From Felis catus (Eukaryota), in contig NC_058368.1 in assembly GCF_018350175.1 (NCBI RefSeq), positions 163,930,001 to 163,994,000 of the forward strand: a stretch of 64,000 nt of DNA. Reading direction: 5' to 3'. Each line of letters begins with the position of its first letter. The first letter of the stretch is position 1. Shown in pieces: positions 36,900-49,260 of this stretch. The translations under genes were made by a program, and so were the position numbers. The notes beneath the pieces were generated by a model that was not told the DNA's origin, searched no databases, and saw only the letters and a list, made by a program, of their open reading frames with translations.

Positions 36900-38610
36900 C
36901 TTAGCCAAACTTCCTCTCTAGCCAGATTTCTTTGCAGTAAAAGTCCTCAAAATGGTTATCTGCATGTCCAGTCCCTGATTCTTCCCTTTATATGTCTCTA
37001 CACATACTCTTCTCAGGCTGTTGCTATACCACATCTCACCAAAATTTCTCTGATCAAGGTCAACAGAGAGCCTTGGGCTGCTAAATCCAATTCTCAGTCC
37101 TCATCTTATTTGACCTATTAGCAGCATTTTTACACAGTCAAGAATCCCTTTTTTCTGAAAACTCTTCCTTCACTTAGTTCCCAGGATACCACACTCTTCT
37201 GATTTCTTTCCACATTACTACTGCATCTTCTCTCTTCTTTTCTGATTTGTCTTATCTGTTCTGACCTTTTATGCTACTTTGGCTCAGGCCTCAGACCTTG
37301 GACCTTTTCTCTGTCTCTCCTTACTATGTTGGTGATGTCATCTGGCTCATGGCTTAAATTTCATCTATGTGTTTACAATGGCCAGATTTATATCTTTTGA
37401 CCTAGACTCTCTCATTCCAGAATCATATATCCAGCTGACTATTTTATAGTCCCATTTAGATGTCTAATACATATTTCAAAATTAATATGTCCACAATAGG
37501 ATTTCTACTCTTGTCCTCCCCAAAATTTGCTTCATTCACAGTCTCCCCCATATCAGTTAATGATGACCTCCACTTTTTAATTGTTCCGTTCTGACAGCTT
37601 ATATCAATCTGTTAGAATATGCATTGACTCCGCCTTCAAAATAAATCCAGAATTTTGCCTCTGCTTACAATCTCCTTTTTACTAACTGGGTCCGCCTACC
37701 AACATCCCTCATTGGGATTGTTGTAATAGTTTCCTAACTGGTCTCCATGTTCCATACTTGCCCCATTCCAGTGTATTCTCAAAGGACATTCTGAACTGTC
37801 TTGCTAAATGTAACCTACATCACATCACTCTTCAACTCACATTCCACCAAGGTCCCTCTGTTTTCTTCAGAGTCAAAGCAAAAGGCCCTACAGTATATTA
37901 TGTATTAGCTTGGTTGATTACAACAAACTACTGTAGACTGAGTAACTTAAATAAGAGACACTGATTTCTCACAGTTCTGGAGTCTGGAAAGTATAAGATT
38001 AAGGTACCGACAGATTCAAATATTAATGAGGGCCCTCTTCCTGGCTTACAGATCCTACCTTCTTGTTATCCTCACATGGCAGAGAGAAGAAACGTGTCTT
38101 CCTTTTCCTAGAAGAGCACTAACTCCATCATGGCAGCTCCACCTTCATGATCTCATCTAAACCTAGTCACCTCCCAAAGACCCCATCTTTAAATACCATC
38201 ACATTGGGAGTTAGGGCTTCAGTATTTTTTTTTTGGGGGGGGGACACTAAACATTCAGCCTATACCAGTTTATAAAAATTTGTTGCCCGCCCCCACCGCC
38301 CCACCCCGCCAGTTCTCAGGCCTCCCCTGCAATATTCTGCTGTGACCATTACAGCCTTCTCACTTTTCCTTGAACCTCCCAGTACTATCCCACATCATGG
38401 CCTTTGAACTGACTGCTTTTCCTGAAATGCCCTTTCCACAGATATATGTATGGATCTGCCCATATTTCCCTTCAAGCCCTTGCTCTATTGTAACTGGTTC
38501 AATGAAGCTTGCTCTGAGCAAGTTGTTTAAATTTGTGACCGTGTTCCCAATGCTCAAAACATTTCTTACTTTTACTCACTTTTTCCCCATGGCACTTTTT
38601 ACCTTCTAAT
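36900..38610 (+). mobile_element. L2 LINE (RT region to near 3' end), interrupted by MLT1A
   Basis: CTTATTTGACCTATTAGCAGCATTTTTACACAGTC is a decayed LDLSAAFDTV RT motif of L2. Confidence 0.85.
37901..38267 (-). mobile_element. MLT1A-like MaLR LTR
   Basis: TTTCTCACAGTTCTGGAG...AATACCATCACATTGGGAGTTAGGG...AAACATTCAGCCTATACCA. Confidence 0.88.
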
Positions 38611-39588
38611 ATATTATATGTGTGGTGGAGACTGGTTTTTACTCACTGAATATACTTCTAGGCTGTACCTCTTAGACCTCTCGCATTTTGGTAGGGCATA
38701 TTACTCATCTTTGCTTATGGAATATGTGTGGAAGTGATGTGTATTACCTCCAGGCCAGGGTGTTAAGAGCAGTTGAAGAAGAGAAACCACTACAAGGAAA
38801 AGTGTGACTTTGTGAATCACAGGAAGGATATCCATAGAACACCCAATTGGAGTATGGTATGAGGAGGGAAAAAAATTTATTGTATCCCAAAGTTATAGTC
38901 AGCTTTCATTTTAGTTGCTTAGTGGCCATGCTATTTTAGAACATTTTGAATATCACTCTGGGAACATAAATGGAACTTGAAGCTGAGTGGGATAGGTAAT
39001 AGCTATTAGTGGAGGGGAATATCAACAAATAATATTCTATTGGTGTCATCACCAATTTCGTTGGTTTCCTTAGATGAATTAAACAAAGATCACATGCATT
39101 CAGGATCATTAAATATTGAATATAATTTGGGCTAGTTTATGTGAAAGTTGGTATCTTGAAAATTTGAGGAAATTCAAAGCCATTTTCATTATTTTAATAC
39201 TATGGATGTTCATAAGCAAGCATTTTACTTTAGCATTTATTTCTGACAGCATAAATTTGAACAAACGCCATATTAATACATGTGTTGTTTCCTTAGCCAT
39301 GGCACTTTGCATATCCATGACTTATGCTAACATCTGAACTGTATCCTGCAACTTATCATAACTGAGGCTTAGTTAAGAACAGATATGTCAAGCAGGATAA
39401 GTAGGGGCAGGAGAAGAGAAGTCTGTACAGTTCTGAACATGTGAAGTAGTAGACAAAGGCATGAAACTGAGTTTTAGACAAAGCAAAAATATTAACTAGT
39501 AAGGTTGACAGATCAGGGCAAAAAGTTTCTGGAAGGGAATTAAGACTGTACCTTATATGTCTGAACCAAAGGTAAGGAACCAGTTATT

Positions 39589-39818
39589 TATTTATTTAAA
39601 AAAAATTTTTTTTTTCAACGTTTATTTATTTTTGGGACAGAGAGAGACAGAGCATGAACGGGGGAGGGGCAGAGAGAGAGGGAGACACAGAATCGGAAAC
39701 AGGCTCCAGGCTCTGAGCCATCAGCCCAGAGCCTGACGCGGGGCTCGAACTCACCGACCGCGAGATCGTGACCTGGCTGACGTCAGACGCTTAACCGACT
39801 GCGCCACCCAGGCGCCCC
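39589..39818 (-). mobile_element. Young felid SINE
   Basis: Perfect TSD AGGAACCAGTTATT at 39575-39588 and 39819-39832; CpGs intact. Confidence 0.97.
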
Positions 39819-40326
39819 AGGAACCAGTTATTATATTTGGAATTCAAGAAACCAAGTAGATGTTCAGGTAAGAAGAGTCTAGATTCTACTATGAACATCC
39901 ATATATAGGCTGACTTGATGATAAACTTGGGGCTATGAGTTTATGGTACAAAATTGGTTCCTGCGTCTGATAGAAAGCTGAACTTATAATTGAAAATTTA
40001 ATGTTCCAAATACTGAAAGTATGAGTGATGACAGGCAAGGAGAGAGAGGAGATATTTTCACCATTGCTACCCAATAAATATCCTCACAATGCCTTTAATA
40101 AAACAAAGGAATGAATGGGCAGAAAGGTTTAATTTAAATATTTAAAAGATGGTTAACTAAAAACAATCTTAAATTGTTCAGTGTGTTAAAATATATTTGG
40201 TTATATCTTGGGAATAACCTGAACATGAATTTTATTTTCATAATGTCAACTTGCTCTTAAGTTTATGTGGGCAAGTTTTTGGATATGAACTATATCTATA
40301 AGACATCTTGTGATACAAAGTATGTA

Positions 40327-41206
40327 GAGTTGATCCTTGAACAATGCAGGGGGTAGGAGTGCCACACCCTCGCTTCCATCCCAACCCCGCCCCCAATCCC
40401 CGTGCAGTTGAAAATCCATGTAGAACTTTGACTCCCCCAAAACTTAACTGCTAACAGCAAGAACCAGGAGAGAGCACTTTTTACTGCCATGTGCAATTTA
40501 CTGGAGAGATGAGCTCCTCCTGCAGAGATGATTAGTGTCACACAGCATTTCAGGCAGATACTGGCAACACTTAAGCTCCCTACAATAGCAACAGGAAGTG
40601 ACTATGAAATTATTAAGTAGTACAGTATGTACTATATGTACTATAGTTAATCTTATGCATTTTGATTTAATTATTCATCTTTATATTTGTTTACGTTTCT
40701 CTCAACTGTGAATGGCACCATATATGGTCTGTAAATGTTTGTGTGCATAATTTGATAAATTTTAACTTTTTCTAATAAATTTGTGTATATTTTATGGTAG
40801 TAAATGATAAAATAGCGTAGTATCTACATTGTATCTTATGCATATATGATATACCTAACTTTTTCTTAATTTTAAACATATTTCTAGGCTACACGGTTTG
40901 TCTCTGAGTTTTTTCATGGTTAAAAACCTTCCAATAGGGGTGCCTGGATGGCTCAGTCAGTTAAGCGTCCTACTTTGGCTCAGGTCATGATCTCATGGTT
41001 TGTGGGTTCGAGCCCCGCGTTGGGCTCTGCACTGACAGCTGAGAGCCTGGAGCCTGCTTCAGATTCTGTGCTACCTCTCTCTCTGCTCCTCCCCAACTTG
41101 TGCTCTCTCTCTCTCAAAATTAAATAAAAGCATTAAAAAATATAAAAAAATCCTCATGTAAGTGGATCTGTGCACTTCAAATCCATGTTATTCAAGGATC
41201 AGTGTG
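40327..41206. mobile_element. Non-autonomous Tigger2-family DNA transposon containing a SINE
   Basis: TIRs GAGTTGATCCTTGAACAA and TTATTCAAGGATCAGTG, flanked by TA. Confidence 0.85.
40937..41150 (+). mobile_element. CAN-SINE inside Tigger2
   Basis: GGGGTGCCTGGATGGCTCAG head and A tail. Confidence 0.95.
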
Positions 41207-41626
41207 TATTATTTTTTTAAGGAAATTTTATGTATGTATGTATGTATGTATGTATGTATGTATGCATTTTTAATTTATATCCAAGTTAGTTAGCATATAG
41301 TGCAACAATGATTTCAGGAGTAGATTCCTTAATGCCCCTTACCCATTTAGCCCATCCCCCCTCCCACAACCCCTCCAGTAACCCTCCATTTGTTCTCCAT
41401 ACTGAAGAGTCTCTTATGTTTTGTCCCCCTCCCTGTTTTATATTATTTTTGCTTCCCTTCCCTTATGTTCATCTGTTCTGTGTCTTAAAATCCTCATATG
41501 ATTGAAATCATATATTTGTCTTTCTCTGATTAATTTCTCTTTGCATAATACCCTCTAGTTCCATCTACATAGTTGCAAATGGCAATATTTCATTCTTTTT
41601 TGATTGCCAAGTAATACTCCGTTGCA

Positions 41627-41629
<3 letters not shown>

Positions 41630-41680
<51 letters not shown>
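41630..41680. repeat. (TA)n microsatellite inside L1
   Basis: Seen directly. Confidence 0.97.
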
Positions 41681-41685
<5 letters not shown>

Positions 41686-41762
41686 CCACATCTTCTTTAT
41701 CCATTCATCCATCAATGGACATTTGGGTTCTTTCTATAATTTGGCTATTGTTGATAGTGTGG

Positions 41763-42310
41763 CTATAAACATTGGGGTTCATGTGCCCCTTTGAAACAGC
41801 ACACTTGTTCCTTTGGATAAATACCTAGTAGTGCAATTGCTGGGTCATAGGGTAGTTCTATTTTTAATTTTTTGAGGAACCTCCATACTCTTTTCCAGAG
41901 TGGCCACACCAGTTTGCATTGCCACCAGCAGTGCAAAAGAGATCCTCTTTCTCCGCATCCTCGCCAACATCTGCTGTTGCCTGAGTTGTTAATGTTAGCT
42001 ATTCTGACAGGTGTAAGGTGGTATCTCATTGTGGTTTTGATTTGTATTTCCCTGATGATGAGTGATGTTGAGCATTTTTTCATGTGTTGGTTGGCCATCT
42101 GGATGTCTTCTTTGGAGAAGTGTCTATTCATGTCTTTTGCCCATTTCTTCACTGGATTATTTGTTTTTTGGATGTTGAGTTTGAGAAATTCTTTATAGAT
42201 TTTGGATACTAACCCTTTATCTGATATGTTGTTTGCAAATATCTTCTCCCATTCTGTTGGTTGCCTTTTAGTTTTGCTGATTGTTTCCTTCACTGTGCAG
42301 AACTTTTTAT
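41763..42310 (-). pseudogene. L1 ORF2p C-terminal remnant with the Cys-rich motif; frameshifted and non-functional
   Basis: [13 protein letters not shown]...[11 protein letters not shown]...[18 protein letters not shown]...[15 protein letters not shown]. Confidence 0.93.
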
Positions 42311-43079
42311 TTTGATGAGGTCCCAAAAGCTCATTTTGCTTTTGATTCCCTTGCCTCTGGAGACATGTTGAATAAGAAGTTGCTGCGGCCAAGGTCAAAG
42401 AGGTTTTTTCCTGGTTTCTTCTCAAGGATTTTGATCACTTCCTGTCTTATATTTAGTCTTTCATCCATTTTGAGTTTATTTTTGTGTATGGTGTAAGAAA
42501 GTGGTCCAGGTTCATTCTTCTGCATGTCGCTGTCCAGCTTTCCCAGCACCACTTGCTGAAGCACCACTTGTCTTTATTCCATTGGATATTCTTTCCTGCT
42601 TTATCAAAGATTAGTTGGCTATATGTTTGTGGGTCAATTTCTGAGTTCTCTATTCTGTTCCGTTGATCTGAGTGTCCGTTTTTGTGCCAGTACCATACTG
42701 TCTTGATGATTAAAACTTTGTAATACAGCTTGAAGTCCAGGACTGTGATGCCTCCTGCTTTGGTTTTCTTTTTTAAGATTGTTTTTGCTATTCAGGGTCT
42801 TTTCTGGTTCCATACACATTTTAGGATTTTTTTTCTAGCTCTGTGAAGAATTCTGTTGTTATTTTGATAGGTATTGCATTGACTATGTAGATTGCTTTAG
42901 GTAGTATTGACATTTTAACATATTTGTTCTTCCTATCCAGGAATGGAATGGAGAATGGAGAATGGAATATTTTTCCATTTTTTTGTGTCTCCTTCAATTT
43001 CTTTCATAAGCTTTCTATAGTTCAAAGTGTATTATTTGTAATTAAAGCCATTTAATTAATAATAACTGAAAAATAAATA

Positions 43080-43290
43080 GGGGTACCTGGATGGATCAGT
43101 CAGTTAAGTGTCTGACTCTTGGTTTCAGCATAGGTCATGATCTCATGGCTTTGTGGGTTTGAGCCTTGCACTGGGCTTTGTGCTGGCAGTGTGGAGCCTG
43201 CTTGAGATTGTCTCTCTCTCCCCCTCTCTCTCTGCCTGTCTCCCACTCACACTGTCTCTATCTCTCAAAATAAATTTAAAAACATAAAAA
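43080..43290 (+). mobile_element. Older CAN-SINE
   Basis: GGGGTACCTGGATGGATCAG head; A-rich TSD beginning TAATAACT. Confidence 0.92.
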
Positions 43291-44109
43291 ATAATAACTA
43301 AAAAAAATTAAGAATAGGGATAGCGTTAGTTTAAGAGACAGTATGGATTAGCCATTTGTACCCAGAACTGCCAACACTTAGTGTGTATAAAAGTGGCCAT
43401 AAAATATCAATATTTTCAAAAGTCCACAGGATAAATTTCTTCAAAATGTAGAAAACTAATAGTTAACATGCAATCTCATATTTTTGATTTCCTAGGTCAG
43501 GAAATTAGGGTTTGGTTCTCAGTGAACAAATAGGAAAAGTCAAAATTATATACATGCTTATTTTGTGTTGAAATAGACTTTTGTTTCAAGATGGGTGTGT
43601 GGCCCGCAGCCCCTTTGGGTGGGATTTTAGTGTCTAGCTGTATGGCTCTTTATTAGCTAGAGTGATGGGTGATAATACAAGTTATATTAACCTACCTTTG
43701 TTTTGTTAATTAAGTCCAGCTCCTAATGGTGACCTGGAAAGTTTTGTTCAGGCCGTTCCTCAAAGATGTGGCTGGTGTTACTGCCTTATTGTCAAGTTTG
43801 TCTGTATTGTCTCCATATTGCCCCCTCTTAGTCCACAGGCAAATGTGAGAGTTTTGATGAATTGCTTAGAGATTGTGTGTTTTTGATTTTATGATACAGT
43901 AACTCAAAACAAATAGCTTAAGAACACATTCTATCCTCTATTCTAGTCAGTGCTTTGTTGGGTCAGATCTGTGGACCAGGATAATCTTCTGAGGTTTTTA
44001 AAAACTATTTCTTCCCATGTATTTTCTCCTTTTTCTTTTATGCAGGTAAAATGATTAGGTGCTTCCTTTGTTCAGAGAAGGATTATGGAACAGCATCAAT
44101 ACAAAAATA

Positions 44110-44290
44110 GTAGCTAAAACTTACTGAATATCTACTGTATGCTAAGGACTTTACTACTTTCTAAATGGGAGCTACTTTAATTCTCACAGCACCTTATGAA
44201 ATGAGTACCATTATTATTCTCAATATTGAGATGAGAACAGAGAGCTGCAGTGACTATATCACAGTTGCATTATGCAGAACAGAAATTGCA
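44110..44290 (-). mobile_element. MIR
   Basis: TTTAATTCTCACAGCACCTTATGAAATGAGTACCATTATTATT...GATGAGAAC. Confidence 0.7.
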
Positions 44291-44584
44291 AGGGTACTTT
44301 CCTTTCTAGTGTGAATTTCCAAAGCTGCATGGGAAGCCACCTGAGGGGACTGAAACTGGTACTCTTGAAATAGCAGAGAGATGGAGGATCTCTAAGAGAA
44401 AAACACCAAGACAGAAGAAGGTTTTCCTATGATTAAAGTGAGATTCCCTGCACTGAGAGGAGGTTTGTGATCTCAGAAGCTGCAAGAACTTGTCGTCTGA
44501 TTCCTGATCCAGGATTAACATACTCTAAGGGAAGGTCATCAACCTGCATTCAGTCTGTAAGCCAAGTCCAGTTGGCTGCCTATT

Positions 44585-45448
44585 TTTGATTTGTTTGTTT
44601 TTTACTAGGCTTTAGTTTTTGGAACAGTTTTAGGTTTGCAAAAGTAGTGATCATAAGGTGCAAAGATTTCTCATATGATCTCTTCCCCCATACATGCATT
44701 GTTTCTCCATTATCAACATCCCCCACCAGAGTGGTACATTTGTTATAATTGATTAGCCTACATTGGCACATCAATAACACCCAGTGTTCATTGTTTACAT
44801 TAAGGTTCACTTTTGGTGTTGTACATTCTGTGGGTTTTGTCAAATGCATGGTGATATGCATTTACTATTGTGGTATCAAAAATCCTTTGTGCTTAACCTA
44901 TTCATCCCTCCCATCTCCCTACCCCTGGCGACCACTGGTTTTGTTACTGTCCCTGTAGTTTTGCCTTTTTCAGAATGTCACATAGCTGAAATCATATAGT
45001 ACATAGTCTTTTCAGGCTAGCTTCTTGCACTTTGTGATATGCATTTAAGTTTCTCCGTGTCTTTTCATGGCTTGATGGTTCATTTCTTTTTAGCACTGAA
45101 TAATATTCCATCATCTAGATGTACCACACTTTATTTACCCATTCACAACTGACAGACATCCTATTGCTTTCATGTTTTGGCAGTTATGAATAAAGCTGCT
45201 ATACACATCTGTGTGTAGGTGTTTGCGTAGATGTAAGTTTTCAGCTCCTCTGAGTAAATACCAACGATCATGATTGCTGGATTTGTATGGTAAGAGTATG
45301 GTTGGTTTTGTAAGAACCTGCTAAACTGTCTTCCAAACTGGATATCCCATTTTGCATTTCTACCAGCAATGAATGAGTGTTCTTGTTGCTGTCTACATCA
45401 TAACCAGCATTTGGTGTTGTCAGTATTTTGGATACTGAACATTCTAAC
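44585..45448 (-). mobile_element. L1MC1-like 3' end
   Basis: ATTATCAACATCCCCCACCAGAGTGGTACATTTGTTA...GGTTCACTTTTGGTGTTGTACATTCTGTGGG. Confidence 0.85.
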
Positions 45449-45505
45449 CGGCTACTTGCTTTTGTAAATATTTTTATATTTTTTTAAAGTTTATTTCTTT
45501 ATTTT

Positions 45506-45540
<35 letters not shown>

Positions 45541-45842
45541 GGAGAGAGAGAGAATCCCAAGTAGGCTCTACATTGTCACTGCAGAGTCGGATGTGGGACT
45601 GAAACTCATGAACCGTGAGATCATGACCTGAGCTGAAACCAAGAGTAGGACACTTAACCGACTGAGCTTCCCAGGTGCCCCTGTAAATACATCTTATTGG
45701 AACACAGCCATGCCCAGTTGTTGACATAATGTCTATGAATGCTTTTGCACTATAATGGCAGAGTTGACTGTGACAGACGTATGACCTACAAAGACTAAAA
45801 CACTTACTGTCTGGCCCTTTACAAAGTATTTTCCAACCCCTG
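45449..45842 (+). mobile_element. MER58-like hAT MITE split by a SINE
   Basis: TTATTGGAACACAGCCATGCCC...ACTGTCTGGCCCTTTACAAAG...CCAACCCCTG. Confidence 0.85.
45471..45681 (-). mobile_element. CAN-SINE
   Basis: TSD TGTAAATA at 45463-45470 and 45682-45689. Confidence 0.95.
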
Positions 45843-48800
45843 TACCACAGAGTTGCTGTTACCATATCTATTCTAGGTATGGCTGCTTTATGTCAATCTG
45901 ACATCCAGAAAATATTTTCATGTTTCCTATGACCCTATTAAAACTCTTGAAATATCTTAATTGTTGTGGATTAAATGAATTCTTAAACAGAATCCTGAGG
46001 CTTAACATTATTTGTTTAAAATCATGCTTTATTTTGATTTCTAGGCACATATCTTTATTTCCTAGAAGTCATTTTTTTTATCAAAGTAATTTCCTTAAGT
46101 ACATGAATTCAATTAAGGTTTACTTTTAATATATACCTTGGAAGTGTAACATTTTCTTTTAGCATTCTCTGTTGCTCTCCTCCTTTTTTCTTACAAGCAG
46201 TTATGCCTTCCCCGCCCTGACCCGACCCCAGTTTCACTGATTCACCCTCCTATGTAGCAATTTAAAATAGTGCCAAGGAAAGATGCCCGTCCCTGTTGAA
46301 CCTGTCAAGCTGTTAACTAGTTTCTTCTCAGGTGTCTGCTGAAGATGAAGCAGGTTTTCAACAAATGTGTTTCAGGGACTCTCTGGCTAGTTTTTCATCA
46401 TTATTTTCACCTACAAGAGGGTTCTGACCAGGAGGAGGTAATAATTTTGTTCTTTGTGCTCTAAATATTATTTTACCAAATTGCCATCTTCGCACGTGTG
46501 GTAACTTCACATTTATTTGGCACAGGCAACAGGGCCTACAGAATAATTTATGATCTAAATGCAGCTTGTAATAGCAGAATTGCTGCTGGTGCTTAGAAAT
46601 TAATTCAGAAATCACTGTCTGTAGCGTAATGATTTACCATTGTTTTTGAACCATGTTATGGAACCTACAAGTATTAATTAAGAATTATGGCATAAGGCCA
46701 AGTAGAATCTGGTGAAGTTTTATGTTATAGCAAAACAGGCAGTAATCAAAGTGTTTTGAATATAAAACATTTTCATTTTCCGGATCAAGTTGTGAGAGAT
46801 ACTGTGTACCCTGAGGGCTTGAATCATGCCAACACCATATTTAGTCTGCAATTTGGATGGTCTAATAAATCAATATGCCCGCTTTTATGAATTTTTAAAA
46901 AATTAATAAGAATAATTTACCAAGTAAGAAGCCATTGAATGGATTTAAAATTGAAGTGAGATTTGAAGAGGAGGATTTTATAAATCAGGTCAACAGTGGT
47001 GATTTTTAAAAGTTGGACTGAGTTGGAAAAAATTGGTAAACAGTTGAAAATAGATCAGAATGAAGAAGTGAAGATTCATGGAATGTTTAAAAAATATGGT
47101 TTGTCTCAGATGCATGCATCCCTGAAGGCTGAGCTCAAAATAACTTTCTCCCCAGGCAGCTACCAAAAAATCCCGAATGGAAGTGACGAGGCTGATGAGA
47201 ATGGTCATTAACATCTTACAACGTTTTATAGCACTCCCATCTATAATGCCCTTCCTCAAAATGGAGCTCATTTGATTTTCACAGTGTCTCTATAAGGTAT
47301 CTTCATTTCCCAAACTCCTTTATTTATAATTGCCTGTCAGTGCAAATTCTTCTATCAGTGCTTCTTTATCAGGGATGTATGTCCAAAATTCTAATTAGGG
47401 AAGGTAGGTCTGGGATTAGTCTCCGACTCCTTTTCTAATCTTCCTCATTCTAACATATACCAGGATCAACTTGTATGAAACATTGTCTATGTTGTGTTGC
47501 ATATATTTATGTTCAAGTTTTGTTCTCCCAACTGAGGCAACAATTATTCAATGAATTATAAGGCTAATCTAAACAAAACATATCTGCGGAATAGGAATCC
47601 TAGAAATTAAACTTGACATTAAAATTTTTACACAAAAGTCCCATTTGTCCAGAATTTAATTCAGTTTAGTTAATTTGACAGCTCTTAGAAGTGCTATGTA
47701 TTAAGTGTTGCAAAGACCTCCAAGCTGAGTAAAACACGGTCCTTGTCTTCAAAGAGCTGGCAATGTGGGAGGGGAGATAAAACAAAGCAGAATATTATCA
47801 CAAAAGGAAATCCTCAGGTCAACTGAGAATTATTACAGTTACCCTAAAGAGGCTATCAATGGCCAAAAAAATAAGAATACAGTGTAACAACATACCTGAT
47901 ACCCAAAGCCCACTTAAGATTTACAATATTCTTTTGATACATGTGGAAGAAGGATAATCTCTCTCTCTTCTAATGTGTTAGAAGCCAGGAAAATCTATCT
48001 TCTGTGGGAAAGAACCATACATACTAAATAGAGGAAAATAAAATGGCATCCATGAAAAGTGCAGATTGCAAACGAAGGCAAGTTTCAGAAACCAGTTGAG
48101 GGTTAGAAAACTGGAAAAGCAAGATGATTGGAAATGGGAGGAAAGTTGGGGATGAATTCTAGATGATAGTATCACATGGTCTTGCCCAGGTTTCTGTGCT
48201 CCCGGGAAATGTTCACAAACAGTATTCTAGGTGCATAAAAAGGCTGTGATAGGTGGACAATTTGGAAATAGCTACAGAACTGTTGGGGATGTTATGATTA
48301 TTTTGATATATAATAAATAAACATTTATTTTTTCAATCTAGAGAAAGAAATTCCTGAAGTGTAAACTGCTTCAGTGTCAACATTTTTTTTCCCAATTTTT
48401 CTTACAGTAATTAATTCAAGAGGGATATGTATGGTACAGCTATGCATCGCACTTGATCATTGGGCATTACATGATGATATTGTCTGCTTTTACCATCTAA
48501 TAAAAGCTTGTCATGCAGGGATTTTTTTTTTTTCTGAATAAAGAAATTTGTGTCAGCTTTGCTAAACCATAGATTTACTATCTGGCATTGTTCGTTCAGG
48601 CTTTCACTTTATGAGGCTTTGTATGTTCTCAATCCTAACAGGACCCATTTTTGTTGTTATCTTTCTGGATAAGTGGCTTCCTTTTCTTTCACTGATGGCC
48701 TGAGGTGGATTGCGCTGAAGATAGTGCTACATTAGACATGTGTTCTTTTGAGGCAAATACAGTTTGTAAAGAAAGGTGAGAACATACCTTGATGAAGAGA

Positions 48801-48864
48801 ATGTCCAGGAGGCAGTATGCTTTTGAAAGTGCTGAGCCTTTTCACTGTATGAAATTGAGATCAG

Positions 48865-49260
48865 ATTCATCCTTTCAGTTAACAATTAGTATTTGTTATA
48901 GACCGGGTAGTGTTTTACATATTAGCAGTGCCGTGGTGAACGAGCCAGGCCAGGATTCTAAGCTGAACAAGTTTTTAAACAAATGAGGAAGTACGTGAGC
49001 AAGATAATGATAATTGCTAAAAGAAAACGAAACAAATTGATGAGATAAAAAGTGATGTGGATCAGAGTCAGTGGTAATTTAGGTGAACTGGTCAGGGATA
49101 GCCTCTCTGATGAGAAGACATTTAAGAACTGAATGACAGAGACTGCAGCGTATGAAGAGTAGGGTCTCTGAACATTCAGCACAGGGAACCAAACTGTAGC
49201 ATAGAATGAATGGTTGGATAGAAGGAACAGGCTATACCTGTGAAGAAGCTTGTTGGGCAT
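48865..49260 (-). mobile_element. L2 3' fragment
   Basis: GGTCAGGGATAGCCTCTCTGATGAGAAGACATTTAAG antisense L2 motif. Confidence 0.65.

Larger units (their letters stand above)
41215..43026 (-). mobile_element. 5'-truncated carnivore L1 (~1.8 kb)
   Basis: Same 3' UTR as the 31776-32970 copy; TSD GTGTATTATTT at 41204-41214 and 43027-43037; tail with (TATG)n. Confidence 0.96.

Noticed and set aside
41763..42425. 220-aa ORF, the longest in the window
   Set aside because: It is the L1 ORF2 C-terminus of a 5'-truncated, frameshifted copy; the N-terminal part is out of frame, and it is not a host gene.
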